From: Fidelibacterota bacterium
GTDB taxonomy: Bacteria > Fidelibacterota > Marinisomatia > SCGC-AAA003-L08 > JACNLC01
NCBI GenBank assembly: GCA_018657495.1
Contig: JABHXA010000001.1
Span: 122,016-186,015 of the forward strand
Direction of reading: 5' to 3'
DNA: 64,000 nucleotides
Each line of letters starts with the position of its first letter. Position 1 is the stretch's first letter. Shown here one piece after another: positions 35,858-46,177 of the stretch. Below the pieces are notes generated by a model. That model did not search any database. It saw only the letters and a list, made by a program, of their open reading frames with translations, and had not been told where the DNA came from. A program made the position numbers and the translations under genes.

Positions 35858-38800
35858 TTAAAAATCAAGTCCAATTGTTAGATACCACATCCTCTTAGTT
35901 TTTTCATGAGGGATATATTCCCATGCATAATCCAGTTGCCAGGGCATACCCAGAAAAATGAATCGAGGTCCAAAGCCATATGTTAAAACAAAATCCTGCG
36001 GGTGGGAGTCCCAGCTGTTTCCTTCCCACATATCCGGTCTTTTATCACTCCATGCCATACCAAAGTCTGTAAATAATACACCGTTGATTTGACCAAAATA
36101 CTTGATAGTTGGGAAATAGTATAAAAGAAATGGCGTTCGTAATTCAAGGTTTATGACGACTGCCTTGTTGCCATATAATTCATTGATTTGTGCCCCTCTC
36201 ACCGGCATTACATATTTTGTGAAGAATATTTCTTTTAAATTGTCCTCTGAGTAATCTTCATACAGTTCATCAAAATTGGCATAGTAAGTATCTTCAGAAG
36301 AAAATAACCAGGGTAGTCCGCCAACACGAAATATTTCAGCATTTTTGCCCTGGCTATATCCAGCATATAGTCTGGCCCCAATACTTACCCCGTTTCCAAG
36401 GGGGATATAATGTCTTGCATCGATACTGAAAGTTTGAAATTCTAAACTGTTACTTTTGTTACCTGGGCTTATCTGGTATCGAAAATAGACTCTGTCGCCA
36501 TCTATCGGGTAAAGATAACTCCAAATTGTATTGTCCCATATTAAACCGAAGGTAGGCATGATTGATTTGATCGAATTTATCTTTTGTTCTTCAAATTCAA
36601 TATAACCAGAATTATTGCTAATTGGTATTATCATGGTCTGTTCAGCATAGGCATATTCTAGCCCATATTCGAAACGATTGAATCGGGAAAAGGGTCTTGA
36701 TGCCAACACTTCTAATGCTAGTTTCCTTAACCTCACCAAAAAACTGCCCTGTTGCTGATTAATGGTGGAATTATGTGAAAACATAAAGTTAATATCTGTT
36801 CTCATGGGTAAATATCGATACATGAAAAAATAATCTGAGTTTTTTAATGAGATATCATTCATTTCAGTACTGAGTAATATTTTATGATCACCAAGCAAAT
36901 CGCTCCACAGAAAATATGCCATCATCTGAGGATTATACTGCGCACTGTAATTATAATAAGGCTGTATCAAGTCTAAAGTGAATCTGGTTTTATATCTATA
37001 CTTGCGGAAAGTACCCGTAGTATCTTTTGTATCCTCATTCGTTAGTTCAATTTCAGGTTTTTCTTCAAGTTTTATACTGTTGAAATTATTAAAAACATAG
37101 TTTTCATAACTTACAGAGGGTTGATATTTTTCCTTATTATCCTCCCTGATCAATAATTTTTGTGGATCTATATCCCGTGATGTTACCCACTTCGCCGGTG
37201 GGATGCTTATGTTATCATTTCTTTTATCTTTTGGATTATCAATAGTAAAGATGTCATAACCACCATCCTCAAAACCTGAGCAAATCAGCTGTGTATCATC
37301 CCGACTCCATGAAAGTTGTGAGACACCGGTTAGAATATTTGTAATTGGGAATGAAGAATCTAACGAGTCACTTAGTAAATAAATATTATTTATCCCTGAT
37401 TCATCTGAAATATAGGCGAGATACTGTCCATCAAACGACATTGTAGGATAAGATTCAATAAATGGCGTGTTGGTAATTCTGGTAATATGAGATCCATCTC
37501 TGGTTATAGAGTAAATATCGGCCTGGTCTACTGGGTATTCTTCTATCATTTCTTCCACAGATGTGTCAAGATGATCACCGCGGTCAGAAATAAAATACAG
37601 CGATTTTCCATCAGGTGACCAGGAAACCATATCATCAGTAAACCAATCATTTGTCAAATTGGTGAGTTCCTCAGTTTCAATATCAAAAATATAAATATCA
37701 CTTGTGATGCCGTCATTTCCAATAAATGCAATTTCATCCTTCACGGGATTCCAGGTAGCCCTGAATATACCTTCCATCCCAAAACGATACTTTCGACTTT
37801 CTTCAGTCTTGTGATCTACAATAAATAAAGCATCAGATTTTCCAGATTTGGCTGGGAATGCCAGTCTGTCTCCATTTGGTGACCAGGTAATCCCTGGTTT
37901 TAAAATATGCAATTCTTCATATTCTGCATTCCTCTCACCCTGGATAATTTTTTTAATAAATACACCGTCTTCAGTTGCCAGCAGGTATATTGCCATTTGT
38001 CCATCTTTATTGGATATAATTGCCATTTGCTTACCATCAGGGGAAAGGGCTGGAGAGATATTATAGGTGTTTCCTAATTTCTCGTGGTCGGTCAATTTTC
38101 TGGCGATATCCTGTAAGCTTTCTCTTCCTTCAATATCCGGCCAGTATTGTTTCTTTAAATACTTATGCCATTGTTCAGTTAACTCATCTATGTCCACCCC
38201 GAGAGAGTTTTCAATTCCTTTTTCAACATTATTTTTTCTTTTGATTTGAGTGAAAACCTCGGCGATGACTTCATCACCCCACTTATCAGTAATAAATTTC
38301 CAGACTGACTGACCACCTCTATAGGCCCAGTACCCGCCTAACATATTGATATTTGGGAGATCACCACCATTTATGGCAAGATCTCTCAGCCACATATCCG
38401 AATTTGTGTCCCAACCGCTTGCCAGGTACTCGGCAAGACCTTCATTCATCCAGCCGGGTATCTGGAATTTAATAGTACTGTTTAACAAAGACTGAAGGTT
38501 TCCACCATAAATATTGTCATTGATAAACGCATGAACAAGTTCATGATGAATAACATGGGCAAATTGTTTGTGGGATCCATCATATGGAATAACAACCCGA
38601 TTTTTGAATAATTCTGTAACCCCTCCGATGCCTTCGTACATGTAGGAATCAATTACATTTGTCTGTTGAAAACCATTATGTGAGTTATAAATAATAATTG
38701 ATACTCTTTCCTGCAAATCCCCGAGCAACCTTGTAGATATATTTACATAGGCTTTTTCGGCTTCAATGGCGGCAAATTCTGCATGGGAGTATCCGTCTTC

Positions 38801-38944
38801 AGAAAAATAAATATCGAAATGTGCCGATTTTATAAAACTCCAGGTAAAACCATCATATTGAACAATATTTTGACCAAACTGACCGAAGATTTTTGACGAC
38901 AATACAATTAAAAAGAGGAAAAGCGTTTTATTATACATTTTCAT
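35858..38944 (-). CDS. large outer-membrane protein: N-terminal HExxH (gluzincin-like) domain + TolB-like PD40 beta-propeller + C-terminal Omp85-like beta-barrel
   Basis: 1028 aa with the following parts:
- a signal peptide;
- HHELVHAF ... WMNEGLAEY, i.e. HExxH plus a downstream Glu;
- at least 6 PD40-type repeats (SPDGKQMAIISNKDG, SPNGDRLAF, SPDGKSLYFISDRGD, SFDGQYLAYISDESG and others);
- about 400 aa of amphipathic beta-strands ending in the OMP C-terminal signature ..YLTIGLDF. Confidence 0.65.
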   Translation of the reverse strand: MKMYNKTLFLFLIVLSSKIFGQFGQNIVQYDGFTWSFIKSAHFDIYFSEDGYSHAEFAAIEAEKAYVNISTRLLGDLQERVSIIIYNSHNGFQQTNVIDSYMYEGIGGVTELFKNRVVIPYDGSHKQFAHVIHHELVHAFINDNIYGGNLQSLLNSTIKFQIPGWMNEGLAEYLASGWDTNSDMWLRDLAINGGDLPNINMLGGYWAYRGGQSVWKFITDKWGDEVIAEVFTQIKRKNNVEKGIENSLGVDIDELTEQWHKYLKKQYWPDIEGRESLQDIARKLTDHEKLGNTYNISPALSPDGKQMAIISNKDGQMAIYLLATEDGVFIKKIIQGERNAEYEELHILKPGITWSPNGDRLAFPAKSGKSDALFIVDHKTEESRKYRFGMEGIFRATWNPVKDEIAFIGNDGITSDIYIFDIETEELTNLTNDWFTDDMVSWSPDGKSLYFISDRGDHLDTSVEEMIEEYPVDQADIYSITRDGSHITRITNTPFIESYPTMSFDGQYLAYISDESGINNIYLLSDSLDSSFPITNILTGVSQLSWSRDDTQLICSGFEDGGYDIFTIDNPKDKRNDNISIPPAKWVTSRDIDPQKLLIREDNKEKYQPSVSYENYVFNNFNSIKLEEKPEIELTNEDTKDTTGTFRKYRYKTRFTLDLIQPYYNYSAQYNPQMMAYFLWSDLLGDHKILLSTEMNDISLKNSDYFFMYRYLPMRTDINFMFSHNSTINQQQGSFLVRLRKLALEVLASRPFSRFNRFEYGLEYAYAEQTMIIPISNNSGYIEFEEQKINSIKSIMPTFGLIWDNTIWSYLYPIDGDRVYFRYQISPGNKSNSLEFQTFSIDARHYIPLGNGVSIGARLYAGYSQGKNAEIFRVGGLPWLFSSEDTYYANFDELYEDYSEDNLKEIFFTKYVMPVRGAQINELYGNKAVVINLELRTPFLLYYFPTIKYFGQINGVLFTDFGMAWSDKRPDMWEGNSWDSHPQDFVLTYGFGPRFIFLGMPWQLDYAWEYIPHEKTKRMWYLTIGLDF

Positions 38945-39083
38945 AATTTATAAATTAAAAAAGAAACCCGCCTTTTACTACTGTTTTGATGCAAAGGTTT
39001 CTCTTGATTTACTCTAAAAAAATATTTTTATAATGTGTCAATTTATTATGAAATAGCAGAATCAATTCTTTAGTTTTTGCGCT

Positions 39084-39839
39084 ATGAAATTGCCATTGTA
39101 TATAGTTTCTGATAACCATTTCCTTATGCAGGCTGATCATCAGGAAAAAAGTCGACGTCTGCTGATATTTGATTTGTTTGACCAAATCAGTAACTCTGGG
39201 GGTACATTAATCATAGGTGGAGACTTTTTTGATTTCTGGTTTAATTATAAAAATGTAATGCCATCATTTTACACGGACATTATATATGAGTTAAACAAAT
39301 TAAATCAAAACGATGTGGAAATTCATTTTCTCGCCGGCAATCACGATTACTGGGATTTTGGTCTGCTTAGCTCCCTTACCGGTTGCATATTTCATGAAGG
39401 TGATTTTGAGTTTATTCTCGACCATAAGAAAATCCTGGTTACCCATGGTGATGGATTATTGTCATTTGATCATGGATATCGACTGATGAAAAAGATTATT
39501 CGAAGTAAGACCTGTATTTTTCTTTTTGGATTATTACATCCCGACTGGGGGTGCGCATTGGCTCGTTTTGTATCCACCACTGAAGAAAAATATGATAAAA
39601 TTGATAAAAACCATGAGAAAATAAAACAGGAGATTCAGTCATTCGCCCGCAATAAATGGGAAGAAGGTTATGACACCATCTTGGTAGGCCATTATCACAA
39701 TACCGGATTTTATGAATCTAATGATTCAAAAATGATCTGGCTTGGAGACTGGTTAACAAAATATACTGTGACTAAATATGCTCAGTTCGAGTGGTCTCAG
39801 GTCAATTGGAAAGAACATCAAAAAATAATTAAGGATTAG
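39084..39839 (+). CDS. metallophosphoesterase, LpxH-like (UDP-2,3-diacylglucosamine diphosphatase candidate)
   Basis: 251 aa. Calcineurin-like motifs are present in order: VSDNH, GGDFFDFW, AGNHDYW, THGD and GHYH. Confidence 0.6.
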   Translation: MKLPLYIVSDNHFLMQADHQEKSRRLLIFDLFDQISNSGGTLIIGGDFFDFWFNYKNVMPSFYTDIIYELNKLNQNDVEIHFLAGNHDYWDFGLLSSLTGCIFHEGDFEFILDHKKILVTHGDGLLSFDHGYRLMKKIIRSKTCIFLFGLLHPDWGCALARFVSTTEEKYDKIDKNHEKIKQEIQSFARNKWEEGYDTILVGHYHNTGFYESNDSKMIWLGDWLTKYTVTKYAQFEWSQVNWKEHQKIIKD

Positions 39840-39843
39840 TTAA

Positions 39844-40746
39844 ATGAATTTTAAGTTAATGATATTCACAATAATAGGGACAATATTTTTATCGGCTGCT
39901 CCTATTAAACCTTATATATTTATTGGGGAAAGTGGTGAATCCGTTGAAAGAACAAAATCCAAAATAATTCAGGCAGTATTTTTCTCCGATGAATCATTTG
40001 AAATAATTGGGGAATATAATCCTGAGAACAATCCTGAAAAACTTGTATTGATCCTAACCAATCCGACATTACAAAAAATTATTACAAATAGTAATGATAA
40101 TGCCGCTTACCTTGGAGGAATGCACCTTGCCATAACGGCAAAAGGTGAAATGACATATGTATCCTGTCAAAATCCGGAATATTGGGCGATTGCCTTCCTG
40201 CAGGATGATTATAATAAACATGAGTCTGCCATTATAAAATTCAAAAACGAATTGCTCGGATTGATGCCGTCAATGAGTATGCGCATAGATATGGAGTATG
40301 GTTCATATTCGGATTTAACTTCTGAGGAAATAAAAAATTATAAATATAAGCGGAAAATGCCAGGATTTTCAGATACAGTCAAGATTGGGGAATTTAAAAA
40401 CTTCAAAGAAGCTGTAGGCGTAATTGAATCAAATTTAGCTTCATCATCTGTTTGCAAACAGGTATTTACAAATAAGACAGAAGGCAAAAATGTACAGGTT
40501 TTTGGAATTGGTTTATCAGGGAATAACGGCGAATCAAGTTTCTTTAAAATATTTGATACAGGGGATAAGAGAGCAACTTCATTTTTACCCTATGAAATTA
40601 TAGTTATAGAGAATAACGTATTTATGTTAAATGGAAGATATAGGTTCGCCCTTGGATTTCCCGATCAGTCCAAAAAGATATTTTCAAAAACTAAATCAGT
40701 TCAAAAAAACATTGAAGCGGATTTGCGTACACTCATGATCAAATAA
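39844..40746 (+). CDS. hypothetical secreted protein
   Basis: 300-aa ORF with an N-terminal hydrophobic signal-like segment. It starts 4 nt after the LpxH-like stop. No family motif recognised. Confidence 0.4.
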   Translation: MNFKLMIFTIIGTIFLSAAPIKPYIFIGESGESVERTKSKIIQAVFFSDESFEIIGEYNPENNPEKLVLILTNPTLQKIITNSNDNAAYLGGMHLAITAKGEMTYVSCQNPEYWAIAFLQDDYNKHESAIIKFKNELLGLMPSMSMRIDMEYGSYSDLTSEEIKNYKYKRKMPGFSDTVKIGEFKNFKEAVGVIESNLASSSVCKQVFTNKTEGKNVQVFGIGLSGNNGESSFFKIFDTGDKRATSFLPYEIIVIENNVFMLNGRYRFALGFPDQSKKIFSKTKSVQKNIEADLRTLMIK

Positions 40747-40777
40747 CAATTACCCTATTGGGTGATTCATTTTCGGA

Positions 40778-41149
40778 TCATGAATTTTTATGGAGCATCC
40801 TTTCCAATTCTTCGTACTTAAATGGTTTTCCTATATAGTCTGTAAATCCTTCTTTGCTAAAATATTCCTGTAATTCTCTGAATGAATAAGCGGTAACTGC
40901 AATGATGGGCGTATCAGAATACTTTTTCTGATCCCTTATTTTTTCCATGAAAGTAATCCCTGATATCCCGTGACCCAGATTGATATCTACCAACAAAAAA
41001 TCTGCATCCGACTTTTCAGCCAATCGTAGGGCTTCTTCCCCGGTGATAGCATCTATGCACTCTATCTCTAATTTTTTTAACATTATTTTGATTAGATTCA
41101 TGTTTAGAGGATTATCCTCGACTATGAGTGCTGTTTTTATTTTTTCCAC
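40778..41149 (-). CDS. single-domain response regulator (CheY-like)
   Basis: 123 aa with ALIVEDNPLN, the acceptor Asp in FLLVDINLG, T in AVTA and K in GKPF. It lies 18 nt downstream of the large kinase gene. Confidence 0.9.
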   Translation of the reverse strand: MEKIKTALIVEDNPLNMNLIKIMLKKLEIECIDAITGEEALRLAEKSDADFLLVDINLGHGISGITFMEKIRDQKKYSDTPIIAVTAYSFRELQEYFSKEGFTDYIGKPFKYEELERMLHKNS

Positions 41150-41167
41150 TATTTTTTCCTATTCAAT

Positions 41168-44100
41168 CTACTTTTCCAACGGTAGTTTTAAATAAAATAT
41201 ATTTCCATTGGGAGTATTGGGTTTAACACCGGTTTTCCCATTATGGGCTTCGCTTATCCGCCTTACAATTGACAGCCCCAGACCTCTTCCCTGTTTTATA
41301 CCTTTCCCTAATTGAATCCCTCGTCTAAAAACTTTTACATAGTCCTTTTTGGGAATAGTCTTACCAAAATCAATGATATTTACAGTAAGGTATTTCTCAT
41401 CCCTCTTGGTTTCAACAATTATTTTTTTACCTGAACTGGCAAATTTTATTGCATTGCTAATAAAGTTTTTGAACACTTCAGATATTATTGGATTATTATT
41501 TATAATCAATTTGTCATGGATTTTTAATTCGATCGTCATCCCAGCCTCCTTCAGTGGAGATTCAAAATCATTGACTACATTTTTCAATAATTCAACCAGA
41601 TCAATACTAATGATATCCAATTGTTCGCCAATAACCATTTTTGACAGGGAGGCGGTATTATCTATTACATTCAATAGGCTTTCACTGCTCTCATGAATAA
41701 TTCTGGCATACTCATTATCAGGATCCTCTGAAATCATGATTTCAGAAATACCTGATAATACTCCGGCAGGGTTCTTCAGGTCGTGGCTTACTACGTCTAG
41801 TAATAGTTCTTTCATTGCATTTGATTCTGCCAAATGTTCAGACAGTTTTTTAAATCTCAACTCAGATTTCTTCATATTTATTTCCTGAGTTTTCCAGTTA
41901 ATTGAAATCGCAATTTGCTCAGCAACAAATGAAACAAATTCTAAGTCGGTTTCATCATACTCATAGGGATTATGATAGCTCTGCAAAACAATGATGCCCA
42001 TTATTTTATTATTTAGCTTTAGAGGTGCTCCAAGCCATATTTGCGGTGGTGTGCCTTTGAGGACAATCTCACCGGATTTTTCCAGTGATTTGATGTTTTC
42101 ATAATAAAGAATCTTTGGTTTCCCTGTTTTGAAGATATATTCAGTAAGCCCTTTTGCAAAAGATCTGCTCTTTGGTTTAGCATCTTTCTCATCTATAAAA
42201 TAGGGGAATTGTATTAACGATTCTTTCTCATCGATTATTGCTATATAAAAATTAGTTGTATCTAATAAAGTACTGAGATGTTTGTGTATTAACTCAAATA
42301 AATTATCATAAGAGATGCTTGTTACAACAGATTGCGAGATTTGCAGCAGTGTTTCTTCTTTTTTCTCTTTATTCTTTAATTCGGTTATATCTCTGATCAC
42401 ACCAAGGAGATATGTTTCTTCAGAGATTTTTATCTTTTTTAAAGTGACATCTGAATCAAACAATGATCTATCTTTACAGGTATGGAGCCATTCAAACCTG
42501 GCTTCTCCAGTTTGATAGGCCGATTTTATAAACGACTCTGAAGATTGATCTGATTGAAGGCCATTTGGCTGAAGTTTGTTTGAGAATAAGAATGGTGAAC
42601 TGCCGATAATATCATCCAATTGACATTTATATAGTTCGAGTGCGCGTCTATTACATTCGATAACCTTGCTTTTCTTGAAAATAAATACTGCATCTGCATT
42701 TGAATTAAAGAGATTTCGATAATAAACCTCGCTATCTTTTAAATCCTGAGCCATCTTCAATCTAGAAGTGATATTTCTGATTATGACTTGAAATGCCATT
42801 TTATCATCAAAAATTATTGGACCTGATGAAACCTCTACTGTGAGTTTCTCGCCTTTTAAATTGATCATTTCTTCTTGAAAAAGGGGAAGAGGTTTTCCGG
42901 TATCTTTCATTTGTAGTATACGATCATTCACAACATCCTTGTAATCAGGATGAATAAATCGTGATATATTCGTTCCAACTAAGCTGCCCATTTCAGGGGC
43001 TCCAACCATTTTTACACCAGCATCATTCACAAATACTATAGTGTTTCCATCGTGAACAATCACGGCGTCCTGAATATTTTCAAAGAGGAATCTATATCTT
43101 TCTTCGCTTCTTCTAAGCCCGAGATAAGCAAGTTTATATTCCGATATATCTGCAAATAAAAATATGGTAGTTGACAAATTCTCCCATTGAATAGGTAGCA
43201 TGTTTATCCGTGCCCATTTCACGCTTTTGTCCCCGCATTCTAATTCGACCTCGATTAACTTTGGAGGGTTGATATCAAATATGGCATTATTTTCCTGCTC
43301 TGAGATGGATTCATGATATTCTTTTTTTATAAAGTCATAAGGTGATTTTCCCAGAATATCCACCTTTTCAAAACCGGTGATATTTGAGGTAATAGAATTT
43401 GAGTAGATGATAATGTTGTCTCTGGATATAAAAACACCCACATCCAGATTTTGGACAAGAAATTTATATTCCGATTCAGAGTTTTTCACTTGAATCTGTC
43501 GTAACATCATAATTCTCAGCATCCATGAAATACAAAAAATGATGATAACACCTAAAATGAGAATAATTTTACTGGACAGCGAGGGAAAATCTTTGGCATC
43601 CGAGGACGGCGAGACATATACCGTCCAAAACCTGTCAAAAACAGGAATGGAGTAACTACCCAAAATTTCCAGAGTTATATTGGGAAGGGGCTGAAAGCTT
43701 TGATATATCTCTTTATTATTATCATCAATATAATAGACAAATTGTTTTAAATCCTGATTCGACAGACAGTATTCTATGATGTCATCGATTCTAAATACTC
43801 CGTTGATATATCCGACAACTTTGTCATCCAAAATTACCGGTAAATATGAAGCATAACCCCATCCACCCTGAAAGAGAGGAATTGGTGGTGTAAATTCCAG
43901 TTTCCCTTCATCGACCGTTTTTGTATAGGTTGCAATTACGGAAGGATCTTGATGATTATAGAGGTTTTTTCCTATAGCGCCACGGTTTGTCGCTTCGGGA
44001 ACAACCCAAATTATAGTACCGGATGTATCTACAAAATTAATTGCCTGGAATCCGCCTTTTGAAAGTAAAATTCGCTCAATAGTAACTGTAAAGTCGTCGT

Positions 44101-44323
44101 AATTATCAAACGGTTTGTTTTCCCATTCCTGCTTCAAACGGTATAATTCATCAATGTGATACCGAATATTATCACTTATTCTAAAGGCTAATTGTTTGGA
44201 AATTGTTGAGGATATCGTCTTGAATTCTAATATATTTCGTTGTTGAAACAACCACCACCCGGTGATAAATACCACCAATAGTATAATATATGTGAAAACT
44301 GGGATTATTACATTTTTCTTCAA
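41168..44323 (-). CDS. multi-sensor histidine kinase (TM - extracytoplasmic sensor - TM - 3x PAS - GAF - HisKA - HATPase_c)
   Basis: 1051 aa. Two TM helices flank a ~230-aa outside domain. PAS-like starts are at SEYKFLVQNLDVGVF, SEERYRFLFENIQDAVIV and SEVYYRNLFNSNADAVFI. There is a GAF-like block, the H-box VVSHDLKNP and the ATP-lid GRGLGLS. Confidence 0.9.
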   Translation of the reverse strand: MKKNVIIPVFTYIILLVVFITGWWLFQQRNILEFKTISSTISKQLAFRISDNIRYHIDELYRLKQEWENKPFDNYDDFTVTIERILLSKGGFQAINFVDTSGTIIWVVPEATNRGAIGKNLYNHQDPSVIATYTKTVDEGKLEFTPPIPLFQGGWGYASYLPVILDDKVVGYINGVFRIDDIIEYCLSNQDLKQFVYYIDDNNKEIYQSFQPLPNITLEILGSYSIPVFDRFWTVYVSPSSDAKDFPSLSSKIILILGVIIIFCISWMLRIMMLRQIQVKNSESEYKFLVQNLDVGVFISRDNIIIYSNSITSNITGFEKVDILGKSPYDFIKKEYHESISEQENNAIFDINPPKLIEVELECGDKSVKWARINMLPIQWENLSTTIFLFADISEYKLAYLGLRRSEERYRFLFENIQDAVIVHDGNTIVFVNDAGVKMVGAPEMGSLVGTNISRFIHPDYKDVVNDRILQMKDTGKPLPLFQEEMINLKGEKLTVEVSSGPIIFDDKMAFQVIIRNITSRLKMAQDLKDSEVYYRNLFNSNADAVFIFKKSKVIECNRRALELYKCQLDDIIGSSPFLFSNKLQPNGLQSDQSSESFIKSAYQTGEARFEWLHTCKDRSLFDSDVTLKKIKISEETYLLGVIRDITELKNKEKKEETLLQISQSVVTSISYDNLFELIHKHLSTLLDTTNFYIAIIDEKESLIQFPYFIDEKDAKPKSRSFAKGLTEYIFKTGKPKILYYENIKSLEKSGEIVLKGTPPQIWLGAPLKLNNKIMGIIVLQSYHNPYEYDETDLEFVSFVAEQIAISINWKTQEINMKKSELRFKKLSEHLAESNAMKELLLDVVSHDLKNPAGVLSGISEIMISEDPDNEYARIIHESSESLLNVIDNTASLSKMVIGEQLDIISIDLVELLKNVVNDFESPLKEAGMTIELKIHDKLIINNNPIISEVFKNFISNAIKFASSGKKIIVETKRDEKYLTVNIIDFGKTIPKKDYVKVFRRGIQLGKGIKQGRGLGLSIVRRISEAHNGKTGVKPNTPNGNIFYLKLPLEK

Positions 44324-44482
44324 AGAAAGTAATTCCGATTAATTATTATTAATTTTGTGGAGAATTCGTTCCTCCAAACTATTATCCCAACCGGGATAAT
44401 CAGAACTATGACAATACATATTAATTAAATCAGACTTTTGTCGTGGTTGTAGTCGAATTCCAAATTCCTTCATATGTGGATA

Positions 44483-45316
44483 TCATTTTAGTTCAAGGAA
44501 ATTTTTGACGGTCCAGGAGATCCAAAAAATAACCAGAAGACCAAAAATGAGTATAATTTTACTGGATAACGATAGTAGTTCTTTTACAGCCCAGGGTGTA
44601 AGAGCAACATAAACTGTCCAGAAGCGATTAAAAACTGGGACAGCATAGCTACCCAAAATTTCTGATGAAATTATTTGTTCAGTTTTGATACTTGAGTAAA
44701 TTTCATTCTGTAAATCGTCTATATAAAATACATATTCTTTAAAACTGCCGCGGGATAAACAATAATTGACTATTTTATCCACACTAAGAACACAATTCAG
44801 ATACCCGGAAATCACACCATCATTTTTTATTGGAAAGAATATGATATATCCATTCCTGTTATTTGAAATCTCGTAAACAGATGAAATGGTAATATCGCCT
44901 GTTTTTCTCGCCAGTGAAAAGGTATCATATAACGCTTGATCAGATGTATCCAACATGTTTGATTGAATACCCCAAATATGACCTTTAGACTCTGATAAAA
45001 AAACAATATTGCCTTCGATATCGATATAATTAATTGAGTGAAAGCCCCCAGTTGAATTCAGTATTTTTTCCACTCTTTCAGAAAATTTCTCTTTTGACTT
45101 TAGAGGTGTATTTTCCCATTCATCTCTAAACACATCCATATTGGATAATTTATGATTAATATTATCCCCAATTCTTAAGGCTACCTGTTCAGATAGGCTG
45201 GTCGCGATATTTCTATGTTCAGAAATATTTCTTTTTTCGAATATCCACCATACAATAATGAGCATTGATGATAGCACAAAATAGAGAAGTATTGGGACAA
45301 TTCTTGATTTTTTCAT
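44483..45316 (-). CDS. stand-alone TM-sensor-TM protein, paralogue of the N-terminal sensor module of the adjacent kinase
   Basis: 277 aa. It is colinear with residues 1-~275 of the 1051-aa kinase: MKKSRIVPIL..WWIFEKRNI vs MKKNVIIPVF..WWLFQQRNI; DEWENTP vs QEWENKP; YVFYIDD vs FVYYIDD; LGSYAVPVFNRFWTVYV vs LGSYSIPVFDRFWTVYV; LSSKIILIFG vs LSSKIILILG. It stops right after TM2. Confidence 0.7.
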   Translation of the reverse strand: MKKSRIVPILLYFVLSSMLIIVWWIFEKRNISEHRNIATSLSEQVALRIGDNINHKLSNMDVFRDEWENTPLKSKEKFSERVEKILNSTGGFHSINYIDIEGNIVFLSESKGHIWGIQSNMLDTSDQALYDTFSLARKTGDITISSVYEISNNRNGYIIFFPIKNDGVISGYLNCVLSVDKIVNYCLSRGSFKEYVFYIDDLQNEIYSSIKTEQIISSEILGSYAVPVFNRFWTVYVALTPWAVKELLSLSSKIILIFGLLVIFWISWTVKNFLELK

Positions 45317-45380
45317 TTTTATATTTTAATAATAATCAATAGTTAAAGATGATATATGAATTCGTCTCTCAGATCATTCC

Positions 45381-46175
45381 CTAATTTACAATAATACCGG
45401 TTATCAAATCAGCAAATTGAGATTTTACTCTTTCTGTAGTTTCAAGTACTTCTAGGTGAGTTAAGGGTTTTGATGAAATACCTGCAGCATAATTTGTCAG
45501 GCAGGATATGCCCAATACTTTTAATCCGAGTTTATCTGCTTCTTCAATTTCAGGTACAGTGGACATTCCAACAGCATCACCACCCAGAGCATGCATATAT
45601 TCGATTTCTGCTGGTGTTTCGTATGTTGGGCCAAGTGTCCAGCAATATTTTCCCTTTCTGATAAGTAATGACTGTGATTTGGCAATATCTTTTGCTTTAA
45701 GCAACAGGTTTTTATCATAGCATAATAATGTATCCATTAATGGGGGATTTGATGATGAATGTCGGAATGTAAAATCGAAATGCCCATCAATAACCATGAG
45801 TTCACCTGTGTTCCAGTCCCTATTCATGCACCCTGCAGCATTGGTGATGATAACAGACTTGCACTGGATATCATGAAATACTCGTAGGGGAAGTGTGACA
45901 GTTTCAATAGAATGTCCCTCGTAATAATGAAACCGGCCGCGAGCACATAGCACAGGTGTATTACCTGCAAAACCAAAAATAAATTCACCTACATGGCCTG
46001 AAACTGATGGCTGAGGGTACTCACTTATTTCACTATATGGCACATTTACCGGATTGGTTAATGTGGATGTAAATTCACTCAAACCAGAACCAAGAATAAT
46101 TGATATCTCTGGTGCTACAGGAATTTTTTTTAGAATATACTCAGCAATATTTTTTGTATCATATTTGTTTTTCAA
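45381..46175 (-). CDS. purine nucleoside phosphorylase (PunA / PNP family 2 trimeric type)
   Basis: 264 aa with ILGSGLS, GRFHYYEGH, VGMSTVPE and TNYAAG. Confidence 0.88.
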   Translation of the reverse strand: MKNKYDTKNIAEYILKKIPVAPEISIILGSGLSEFTSTLTNPVNVPYSEISEYPQPSVSGHVGEFIFGFAGNTPVLCARGRFHYYEGHSIETVTLPLRVFHDIQCKSVIITNAAGCMNRDWNTGELMVIDGHFDFTFRHSSSNPPLMDTLLCYDKNLLLKAKDIAKSQSLLIRKGKYCWTLGPTYETPAEIEYMHALGGDAVGMSTVPEIEEADKLGLKVLGISCLTNYAAGISSKPLTHLEVLETTERVKSQFADLITGIIVN

Positions 46176-46177
46176 AT

